Below, one piece after another: positions 1 to 7,144 of a stretch of 10,659 bases of DNA. Source of the DNA: Hormoscilla sp. Its GTDB lineage: Bacteria > Cyanobacteriota > Cyanobacteriia > Cyanobacteriales > Desertifilaceae. The notes beneath the pieces were generated by a model that saw nothing but the letters and a program-made list of their open reading frames with translations, was not told where the DNA came from and did no database searches. Position 1 is the stretch's first letter. The number at the start of each line of letters is the position of its first letter. The position numbers and the translations under genes were made by a program. Where the stretch lies: NCBI GenBank assembly GCA_051439505.1, contig JBFRWI010000076.1, forward strand, positions 1 through 10,659, written 5' to 3'.

Positions 1-2
1 GT

Positions 3-446
3 GCCGAGGTAGAAATCGCGCAATTAGAGCAGATATTGTCCCAGGTGAAAGCATATATAAAACAACTGAGACCAGAGGCGATCGCCCCATCACCAGTGCC
101 CAATCAGCAATCACCAGTAGATAGCGAGCGCCTACAAGAAATCACGCGAGGAGATGAAGAGTTTAAGTTAGAACTATTACAGGTATTTGTGGAAGAGACG
201 GAAATGGAATTAGCAGAGGCCCGAAAAGCTATTGCGGCCAAAAACTCCATCACCCTGGCTACTATTGCTCACTCCCTGAAAGAAAGTGCTAGAACGGTGG
301 CAGTAAGATTCATGCCAGAATTAGCAGAGAGCCTCGAACAGCTGGCCCGGCCAGAGCAACTTGATGAAGCCACCGCGTTACTTTCTGAGTTGGAGCAAAT
401 TTTGCAACAGGTGAAAGCTTTCATCGCCGATGAAAGTGACCAGTGA
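3..446 (+). CDS. 3' end of an Hpt (histidine phosphotransfer) domain protein, probably a hybrid kinase or multi-Hpt protein; 5' truncated by the window edge
   Basis: Frame is open from position 3 (AEVEIAQLEQILSQVKAY...), so the TTG at 36 is probably not the start. Hpt pattern: 'VDSERLQEITRGDEEFKLELLQVF...IAHSLKESA...ELAESLEQ'. Confidence 0.85.
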   Translation, partial: AEVEIAQLEQILSQVKAYIKQLRPEAIAPSPVPNQQSPVDSERLQEITRGDEEFKLELLQVFVEETEMELAEARKAIAAKNSITLATIAHSLKESARTVAVRFMPELAESLEQLARPEQLDEATALLSELEQILQQVKAFIADESDQ

Positions 447-477
447 CCAGCAGTTAATTATCAGAAAAGCAGATCTA

Positions 478-505
478 GGAATTGGAAATTGAGAATTGGA
501 AATTG
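478..505. repeat. STRR-like heptamer tandem array
   Basis: GGAATTG-GAAATTG-AGAATTG-GAAATTG just downstream of the Hpt gene stop; typical of filamentous cyanobacteria. Confidence 0.75.
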
Positions 506-569
506 CCTCCGATTCGCTATTTTCCCTTCCCCATAGGGCGACCTTACCATTACTCCCTGAAAAAATATG

Positions 570-591
570 TATAATTACACAATGGTAAAAT
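570..591 (+). promoter_or_regulatory. Candidate sigma70 -10 elements for the hybrid kinase gene
   Basis: TATAAT at 570-575 and extended -10-like TGgTAAAAT at 583-591, in an AT-rich intergenic region about 115-135 nt upstream of ATG 705. Motif only. Confidence 0.3.
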
Positions 592-704
592 GCATGTGGT
601 AAGTCAAGTAAAACACTCACCAAACAGGTCCGAACAACTTCGACGGTGAGTCTGGCTGTGACTGCTATGGATGAGAGGTATAAGGATTGGGGGATGAAAG
701 GCTG

Positions 705-1955
705 ATGTCAAAAATTTTGGTGATCGACGATCATGGAGCAACAAGGTTACTGCTCAAAAGAGACCTGAAGCTAGAGGGACATGAAGTTACCCTGGCCAAA
801 GATGGCAAAGAAGGGCTAGACTTAGCTGCACAGGTACGTCCAGCATTGATTATTTGCGACTGGATGATGCCGAACGTTGATGGACTAGAGGTCTGTCGGA
901 GGATAAAAACTGACCCGGGGTTGGCCAGCACGTTCTTTATTCTACTCACTTCTAAGGGAGGATTGGCCGATCGGGTGCAAGGACTGGATGCGGGTGCGGA
1001 CGATTTTCTGTCCAAACCCGTTGACCCTTTGGAACTGCTAGCGCGGGTGCGTGCTGGACTACGATTATATCAGTCACAGAGAGCATTAACTCAAGCCAAT
1101 TATCAACTGAGCAAAACCTTGCAGGAACTGCAACAAACTCAGACACAGCTAATTCACTCAGAAAAAATGTCTTCTCTGGGAAAAATGGTAGCTGGTGTCG
1201 CTCATGAAATCAACAATCCGATCACTTTTATCTACAGCAACCTAGCCTATGCTAGCAGTTACGTCCAAGACCTGATCGAATTTGCCCTCCTCTATCGACA
1301 GCAGTTAGATATAGAAGAGATTTCCGCCAAAGCGGAGGCAATTGAATTAGATTTTTTGATCGACGATTTACCAGATGTCTTGAATTCAATGAAAACCGGT
1401 GCCGAGCGGATTCGCGAGATTGTCCTGTCCTTGCGGAACTTTTCTCGTCTGGACGAAACGGGCATGAAGGCTGTAGATATACATGAAGGTCTAGAAAGTA
1501 CTCTGTTAATTTTACATCACCGACTGGAAAATATTCAAGTAATTAAGGAATATGGCAAATTGACGAAGGTGAAATGCTATCCGGGACAAGTGAATCAGGT
1601 TTTTCTGAATATTCTTAATAATGCAATCGACGCGATCGAGGATCGCTGGACTTTAGGGTCGCCCTCGCTTCCAGGAAAGGACCAGTGCAGCAGCGACGGT
1701 TGCATCACTATTCGCACCCTGGTGGATAACCAGGGGATAATCATTAAAATATCGGATAATGGCACGGGAATCGCCCCAGAAAATATTAACCGGATTTTCG
1801 ATCCTTTCTTTACTACTAAACCTGTGGGTTCTGGCAAGGGCTTGGGTTTAACTACTAGCTATCAAATAGTGGTGTCAAAACATGGGGGGCAATTGCAGTG
1901 TTTCTCCGAATTGGGCAAAGGAACAGAATTTGCGATCGTCCTCCCCCTGAGCTAG
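705..1955 (+). CDS. Hybrid response regulator-histidine kinase (REC + HisKA + HATPase_c), cytoplasmic, no sensor domain
   Basis: REC: ILVIDD, DWMMP (phospho-Asp), LLTSKG, FLSKP. Kinase: H-box GVAHEINNP, N-box QVFLNILNNAIDA, G1 ISDNGTGI, F-box IFDPFFTTK, G2 GKGLGL. ATG 705 (MSKILVIDD) is preferred over TTG 687. Confidence 0.93.
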   Translation: MSKILVIDDHGATRLLLKRDLKLEGHEVTLAKDGKEGLDLAAQVRPALIICDWMMPNVDGLEVCRRIKTDPGLASTFFILLTSKGGLADRVQGLDAGADDFLSKPVDPLELLARVRAGLRLYQSQRALTQANYQLSKTLQELQQTQTQLIHSEKMSSLGKMVAGVAHEINNPITFIYSNLAYASSYVQDLIEFALLYRQQLDIEEISAKAEAIELDFLIDDLPDVLNSMKTGAERIREIVLSLRNFSRLDETGMKAVDIHEGLESTLLILHHRLENIQVIKEYGKLTKVKCYPGQVNQVFLNILNNAIDAIEDRWTLGSPSLPGKDQCSSDGCITIRTLVDNQGIIIKISDNGTGIAPENINRIFDPFFTTKPVGSGKGLGLTTSYQIVVSKHGGQLQCFSELGKGTEFAIVLPLS

Positions 1956-2005
1956 CGCCTGGGGACAAGAAAATCAACAAATCTACCTTTAGCCATTAGC
2001 CTATT

Positions 2006-2662
2006 TTACTGACTGCTCTGTGCTTTAGCCCGTTCCGCATCCATCAGAGCCCGAGTCGCCTGTTCATTGTCAGGAAACAACTGCAAGGCTCTGCTAAAGT
2101 TAATTATCGCCGTGTCATAATCTTCCTTCTTTAAGGCTTTCAATCCTATTAACATGAATCTTTGATATTTCCGGTCCTTAATCTTTACTTCTGTTTTGCG
2201 GGCCGCCTGTAGAGCTAACTTATCATCAGGGCGTTTAACCAAGGCTCTTCTAAAGTTGATTAAAGCCGTGTTATAATCCTGCTTTCTGTAATATGAAGAG
2301 CCGATATCCATATACTCTTTGTAAGTAAACTTTAGCTCCGGCTCCGGTGGCGGGCTTGGCTCTACCGGGACTTCAGGCTGCTTTAAGCTCAATAAGCTGG
2401 GGGGGGTTAACCAGTACATAATTCCCGACATGGTGATGAATAAATAACCCAGCACCTTTAATACAAAGGGGATTTTGAGTTTTTCTCTTCTCCATTTTAT
2501 TTGCCATTTGACATAGAAAAATGCTAGCCAAGAACCAGGGATTAATAGATAAGCTAAACCCCAAGATGGATGATCTGCAAAAGCCTGAATTCCCATCCAG
2601 ACAATTCCTGGTAGCAAAAGCATAGTCCCCAAGACAAGTAAGGTAATGATGACAAAATTCAT
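2006..2662 (-). CDS. Membrane-anchored TPR protein (about 3 TM helices, Pro-rich linker, two TPR-like units)
   Basis: ATG at 2662 preceded by AGGAG. Hydrophobic N-terminal half, PEVPVEPSPPPEPE linker, and two similar repeats 'IGSSYYRKQDYNTALINFRRAL' / 'IGLKALKKEDYDTAIINFSRAL'. Confidence 0.8.
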   Translation of the reverse strand: MNFVIITLLVLGTMLLLPGIVWMGIQAFADHPSWGLAYLLIPGSWLAFFYVKWQIKWRREKLKIPFVLKVLGYLFITMSGIMYWLTPPSLLSLKQPEVPVEPSPPPEPELKFTYKEYMDIGSSYYRKQDYNTALINFRRALVKRPDDKLALQAARKTEVKIKDRKYQRFMLIGLKALKKEDYDTAIINFSRALQLFPDNEQATRALMDAERAKAQSSQ

Positions 2663-2691
2663 AGCAGTTTTCTCCTGATACGGCAACTTAT

Positions 2692-2712
2692 GTAGGGTGG
2701 GCACCGCCCACC
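2692..2712 (+). repeat. GTAG-type REP-like hairpin
   Basis: GTAG followed by the perfect stem GGTGGGC-acc-GCCCACC, extragenic. Confidence 0.65.
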
Positions 2713-2809
2713 ACCAGAAGCGAGACTTCTTATGTAGCACCGCCCGCTAACTTATGTACCGCGTTTGAGTGCTAAAGTCAGTCTATCGGCAATTGGCACC
2801 ATGCTCATG

Positions 2810-2856
2810 ATTGAGCAATTGTTAATTGAAAATTGAGAATTGAGCAATTGTTAATT
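2810..2856. repeat. AATTG-based STRR-like array containing an 18-bp direct repeat
   Basis: ATTGAGCAATTGTTAATT at 2810-2827 and 2839-2856, separated by AAAATTG/AGAATTG-type heptamers. Confidence 0.7.
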
Positions 2857-2943
2857 AAGCTATTTTCCGTTCTCCATTGGCAATTATCTAGAAGCAATTA
2901 GCAGTATTTAATGCGAAAGCGCATCTCAATGCTCCCCTCATGG

Positions 2944-3378
2944 TCAGTTGAAGGAGCGAATTGCTTGGGTGTGGCGATCGGATACTTCCTCTTGATACCG
3001 TCCACTCCAGAGGACGTTATCGATCGCCATTAAGCCGCCAGGGCGCAGGCGCAGGAGCGATCGCATCTTATATCCCTGATAATTTTCTCGATCGGCATCG
3101 ATGAAAACGAAGTCAAAGGTTTGGGCTTTTCCATTTGCCAAGAGTCTATCCCATGTTTCTAGTGCCGGGGCAATCCGTAAATCTATCATGTTAGCTACTC
3201 CAGCTGCCTGGCAAGATTGCCGGGCTATATCAGTATATTCCTGGTTGACATCACAGGCGAAGATTTGATGACTAGCTGTTTGGGATTGCAATTGCCGCAA
3301 CACCTCTGGCTCGCGTAAGGAGCTAGACAGGAGATAATTGTCAAGTTGGCGATCGAGACCTTGAGTCTGGTTGGGCAT
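2944..3378 (-). pseudogene. Class I SAM-dependent O-methyltransferase (CCoAOMT/COMT-like, Methyltransf_3) remnant
   Basis: Recognisable 'YLLSSSLREPEVLRQL', 'ACDV', 'IDLRIAPALET', 'FDFVFIDADRENY', 'LRPGGLMAIDNVLWSG'. The segment carrying SAM motif I (LEIGxxxGYS) is absent, and the ORF stops at 'AIRSFN' before the usual terminal '...DGLTL' strands. Confidence 0.8.
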
Positions 3379-3506
3379 AGTTCGGCATGCACTTGCTTGG
3401 TTTAATATCGATCATAGTAAATATCTGGCCGCTTTTAAGGATAATTTACTCTATGAGAATAGTCAAGATAGTGATGATATCGGCCTTCATGCATTCAAGA
3501 GCAACT

Positions 3507-3920
3507 ATGATTTGGCGGGTCATTGTACCATTAGCTCTGGCGGGACTGCTAGTCGCCTGTAGCATCAACGGTCCTACGCCGAATCAGCAACTGGTTACCA
3601 AGGCGATCGCTCTCCAGCTGAGTCTCACCCAGCAGCAGCTAAAAGAGCAATTACACCTGGATCGACCCACCAGGGAGCAAATCGAGAGGCTGCGAATTAC
3701 CAAGCGCGAACCCTTGGTGGTGCAAAATTTGCTCGCCTTTCACATACAGGGATTTTACGATTATACAATGAAGATGTCTTCTGAAGGTCAAGTCACCCAA
3801 CGGCAAAACCCCTTTGACTTGTACCTGCAACGGCAGATAGAAGGGAAATCTTGGCGTTTGCTGCGGCGTCAAGCCAATGACAATGGGGAGTCGGTTTGGT
3901 ACAGTTATTTTATTCCCTGA
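3507..3920 (+). CDS. Hypothetical lipoprotein
   Basis: ATG 3507 gives MIWRVIVPLALAGLLVA|C, a signal peptide with an LVAC lipobox. The longer ORF from 3387 adds 40 aa of intergenic-looking sequence. Confidence 0.75.
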   Translation: MIWRVIVPLALAGLLVACSINGPTPNQQLVTKAIALQLSLTQQQLKEQLHLDRPTREQIERLRITKREPLVVQNLLAFHIQGFYDYTMKMSSEGQVTQRQNPFDLYLQRQIEGKSWRLLRRQANDNGESVWYSYFIP

Positions 3921-3943
3921 AATCATATCGTTGAGTCCTGAAC

Positions 3944-5893
3944 TTGCTTCATCCTTATCAGTGGCTGAGTAAAATTCCCATTGTCGGGCGCATCGGTAAA
4001 AGACTAAAGCTTCCTGGGAAACTGCCAGGAAGCTTGATTACTAGCTTGGCGGTCACGGGTCTATTGCTGGGAGTGCGGCAGTTGGGTGGAGTGCAACCCC
4101 TGGAACTGGTCGCCTTTGACCAGATGTGGCGTCTGCGTCCCCAGCAACAGCCTGACCCACGGTTGTTACTGGTAGAAATTACGGAAGCAGACATCAGATA
4201 TCTAAAAAAATGGCCCCCTACTGATGAGACTTTAGCCCAAGTCCTGAACATACTGCAACGGCATCAACCGAAAGTGATTGGTTTGGACCTGGTGCGGGAT
4301 ATTCCCTCACCACCGGGTTACGAGCAACTGGTGGCGCAACTGGGGAAAGCAAATACGATCGCGATCGCGACCATTGGCAATAATAAGGCCGATCGGGTGC
4401 TTGCACCCCCTAGCGTACCACAAGAACGGATCGGCTTTAATGATATTCCTCTCGATCCCGACAGCACGGTGCGCCGCAATTTGATGTTTGCTTCTGATGG
4501 TACTTCAACTTTCACTTCTTTTGCTGTCCAGTTGGCCCTGTTTTATTTGCAAGACTTGGGCATCTCGCCACGGAGAACGACTGATAATGAATTGCAGCTT
4601 GGCAAGGTGGTATTTACTAAGTTAGAGCCTCATGATGGCGGTTATCAAAATATTGATGCCGGGGGTTATCAAATTTTACTCTCATATCGATCGCCCGATC
4701 GGGTGGCCAGAAAAATATCCCTCACCCAGGTGCTGAATGGGGAATTTGACCCATTATGGGTGGAAGAAAAGATTGTTTTAATCGGTGTGACTGCCCCTTC
4801 ACTTAAGGACTTGTTCTTGACTCCCTACAGCGTGACGGCATCGGGACATGGGAAGATGCCTGGGGTGGTGCTTCATGGCCAAATGACTAGCCAAATTCTC
4901 AGTGCGGTGCTGGATGGGGAACCGCTGTTTTGGTTTTGGTCGCCCGGGGTAGAAATGCTGTGGATTTTTCTCTGGGCATTGTTAGGCGGTGCGGTGGCCT
5001 GGCGCTGCCGCCATCCCCTGACTTTGGGGGCGGGGGCGATCGCCTCTCTGGGGGTTTTGGGTGCTCTGTGTTATGCTATATTTCTAGAGCAGGGATGGGT
5101 GCCTGTTGTCGCCCCCAGTTTAGCTTTCATGATGACGGGAAGTGCGATCGTTTTGCGTCAGATGCAACAGGCGTGGCGGCAGCAACGGATGATGATGAAG
5201 CTGTTGGGACAGCAAATTTCTCCAGAAATTGCTCTGGCCCTCTGGCAAGGACGCGATCGCCTGCTGAAGGAGGGACGGTTACCTTGGCAAATGGTGACGG
5301 CGACGGTGTTATTTACTGATTTGAAAGGCTATAGCAGCGTTGCGGAAGGGCGATCGCCCCTAGAGATCATAGCGTGGTTGAATGAATACCAGAGTGCGAT
5401 GACGGAGATAGTGTTGGGCCATCAGGGCATTGTCAAGGACTTTACTGGTGATGGCATGAGGGCAGTGTTTGGGGTTCCCGTACCGCGCACCACTGCCGCA
5501 GAAATAGCCGCAGATGCCGAAAATTCGGTTAACTGTGCCTTGGCAATGGGCGAGAGACTGGCCCAACTCAATCAGAAATGGCAGGGAGAAGGGTTGCCCC
5601 CAGTGCAGATGCGAGTGGGAATTTTTACTGGTCCGGTAGCAGTAGGCAGTTTGGGCAGCAAGCATCGCCTGGAATATGGTGTAATTGGCGATAGCGTGAA
5701 TATAGCGGCCCGGTTAGAAAGTTATGACAAACACCGTCATGAAGGGATTTGTCGGGTGTTGATTGGTAAAGAGACCCTGGTACATCTGGGGGGCAAGTTT
5801 GAGGCCGAGTCTTGGGGAAGTTTGACGTTGAAGGGAAAGCAGCAACCGGTGGAGGTATTTCTCATCTCTGGTAAATTAAGTAGTCTCCCATAA
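3944..5893 (+). CDS. CHASE2-domain membrane class III nucleotidyl (adenylate/guanylate) cyclase
   Basis: CHASE2 motifs 'ELVAFDQM', 'DPRLLLVEITEAD', 'PKVIGLDLVRD', 'KIVLIG', 'MPGVVLHGQ'; N-terminal anchor plus about 3 TM helices. Cyclase motifs 'TVLFTDLKGYS', 'FTGDG..AVFG', 'RVGIFTG', 'VIGDSVNIAARLES'. The TTG start is uncertain. Confidence 0.93.
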   Translation: MLHPYQWLSKIPIVGRIGKRLKLPGKLPGSLITSLAVTGLLLGVRQLGGVQPLELVAFDQMWRLRPQQQPDPRLLLVEITEADIRYLKKWPPTDETLAQVLNILQRHQPKVIGLDLVRDIPSPPGYEQLVAQLGKANTIAIATIGNNKADRVLAPPSVPQERIGFNDIPLDPDSTVRRNLMFASDGTSTFTSFAVQLALFYLQDLGISPRRTTDNELQLGKVVFTKLEPHDGGYQNIDAGGYQILLSYRSPDRVARKISLTQVLNGEFDPLWVEEKIVLIGVTAPSLKDLFLTPYSVTASGHGKMPGVVLHGQMTSQILSAVLDGEPLFWFWSPGVEMLWIFLWALLGGAVAWRCRHPLTLGAGAIASLGVLGALCYAIFLEQGWVPVVAPSLAFMMTGSAIVLRQMQQAWRQQRMMMKLLGQQISPEIALALWQGRDRLLKEGRLPWQMVTATVLFTDLKGYSSVAEGRSPLEIIAWLNEYQSAMTEIVLGHQGIVKDFTGDGMRAVFGVPVPRTTAAEIAADAENSVNCALAMGERLAQLNQKWQGEGLPPVQMRVGIFTGPVAVGSLGSKHRLEYGVIGDSVNIAARLESYDKHRHEGICRVLIGKETLVHLGGKFEAESWGSLTLKGKQQPVEVFLISGKLSSLP

Positions 5894-6062
5894 GTTTTTG
5901 TCCCTATGTAAAGTTTTATCAACCTTGCTCAAACCTATATGCTATAGTAATTTAGCGCCGACGATCGGGCGTCGAAGAATTACCAACTACTTTCTGGAGA
6001 ACTACTAATAATCCGATCGCACGCTTCCCTGGGAGATCGGGTTGTCGGCGGCAAAGGAGAAC

Positions 6063-6071
6063 TGCTATACT
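6063..6071 (+). promoter_or_regulatory. Candidate extended -10 promoter for the DUF928-like gene
   Basis: TGcTATACT matches TGnTAnnnT; a similar TGcTATAGT lies at 5940-5948. Motif only. Confidence 0.4.
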
Positions 6072-6085
6072 AAGTACTAAAGTCC

Positions 6086-6237
6086 GGGTGTGTTCAAAAC
6101 CCGTTGATAAAAATATCGATACCCCAGCCCCGGAGATCCCCCCAAACCCCCCTTAAAAAGGGGGGGCTTCCGGAAGCCCCCCCTTTCGGAAGGGGGGGTT
6201 TGGGGGGGATCGGATCCAACTACTTTTGACCACACCC
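6086..6237. mobile_element. 152-bp MITE (non-autonomous IS derivative) with a 9-bp target-site duplication
   Basis: Left TIR GGGTGTGTTCAAAA (6086-6099) and right TIR TTTTGACCACACCC (6224-6237) match at 13/14. Perfect flanking direct repeat CTAAAGTCC at 6077-6085 and 6238-6246. Too short to encode a transposase. Confidence 0.9.
6135..6211. repeat. 77-bp G/C-homopolymer palindrome nested in the MITE
   Basis: GAT-C6-AAA-C6-TTAAAAA-G7-CTTCCGGAAG-C7-TTTCGGAA-G7-TTT-G7-ATC. Perfect 30-bp palindromic core at 6157-6186. Confidence 0.9.
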
Positions 6238-6297
6238 CTAAAGTCCTTACTACGAACCTAAGGAGCGTATGTCACTACTTGTGAGCGGTTCAGGATT

Positions 6298-7002
6298 ATG
6301 TCAAAACAAGCTCTTAACTACCATCGTCCGATCGCGGTTGGCGCGATCGCAGTTTTGTCTTTGTTGATTATGCCCTCCCTAGCACTAACAGAGAGTTCTA
6401 TTCCCGATGTTGATGACAAACCGGAGAGGACAGAACCAACGAGACGAGATGATTGCATCCTGGGGACTAAATCCCTAACAGGTTTAATCCCCGTGACCGC
6501 ACGGAAACTGGGGTTAACTGTTTCTCCTTCACCAACCTTCTTTTTCTACGTTCCCCAAACTGGATCCCAGGTGCAGGAGACAGATTTTATTCTCCTGACG
6601 GAGTCGGGAAACACCCTTTACCAAACCAGAGTGAAGGTTCCCAGTACCCCTGGGGTAATCAGTCTGAAAATCCCCAACTCTGCTAAACTGCAAGTGGGTA
6701 AGGATTATCGTTGGACATTTTCTATTATCTGCAATTCTCGACAACGCACGGAGGATGTTTATGTAAATGGGGTTGTCCAACGAGTCAAGCAATCTCCAGA
6801 ACTGATTGCCAAGTTACAGGGGGCAAAACCCAGGGAAATTCCCTCTATTTATGCAGAAGCGGGGATCTGGCACGAAACTATGAGTACTTTAGCCCAACTG
6901 CGTCGCGACAATCCCCAAGATCGAACTCTGGCGGATTATTGGGCCAGGATATTAGGATCGGTGGGATTGGCAAACCTTGCTGAAGAACCTCTGGTTGAAT
7001 AG
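6298..7002 (+). CDS. DUF928-like exported protein
   Basis: Signal-peptide-like N-terminus. Motifs 'GLTVSPSPTFFFYVP', 'PGVISLKIP', 'LQVGKDYRWTFSIIC', 'YAEAGIWHETMSTLAQLR', 'WARILGSVGL' are characteristic of cyanobacterial DUF928 proteins. Confidence 0.88.
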   Translation: MSKQALNYHRPIAVGAIAVLSLLIMPSLALTESSIPDVDDKPERTEPTRRDDCILGTKSLTGLIPVTARKLGLTVSPSPTFFFYVPQTGSQVQETDFILLTESGNTLYQTRVKVPSTPGVISLKIPNSAKLQVGKDYRWTFSIICNSRQRTEDVYVNGVVQRVKQSPELIAKLQGAKPREIPSIYAEAGIWHETMSTLAQLRRDNPQDRTLADYWARILGSVGLANLAEEPLVE

Positions 7003-7144
7003 GATTTAGATCTTTTTTGATAACTGCTTCTATTACCCCGATCGCTATCTTGGCAGAAAAGATTAAAAAAATATAAAGCTTGTTGAGTCGGGTAGTGTTG
7101 ATAATGATATGATGAAAATGGTAAGTTAGAAGTATTGAAGTCTA

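Noticed and set aside
378..623. 81-aa minus-strand ORF
   Set aside because: Reads through the STRR array (SQFPIP) and is antisense to the Hpt gene end; no protein features.
2663..2740. N-terminal extension of the TPR ORF (MLHKKSRFWWWAVPTL...)
   Set aside because: It is a translation of the REP-like repeat; ATG 2662 has an AGGAG RBS.
2685..2880. Possible CRISPR array suggested by short direct repeats
   Set aside because: Repeats are too short, irregularly spaced and low-complexity; no cas genes present.
3387..3506. Upstream extension of the lipoprotein ORF and the overlapping 3371-3562 ORF
   Set aside because: AT-rich divergent intergenic sequence; the lipobox signal peptide only fits a start at 3507.
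5946..6052. Weak inverted repeats downstream of the cyclase (possible ncRNA or terminator)
   Set aside because: Pairings rely mostly on self-complementary CGATCG cores; no U-tract or recognisable RNA family.
6269..6367. 32-codon out-of-frame ORF behind TAAGGAG, overlapping the DUF928-like start
   Set aside because: SD-to-ATG spacing is only 3 nt and the peptide is featureless; not supportable without ribosome profiling.
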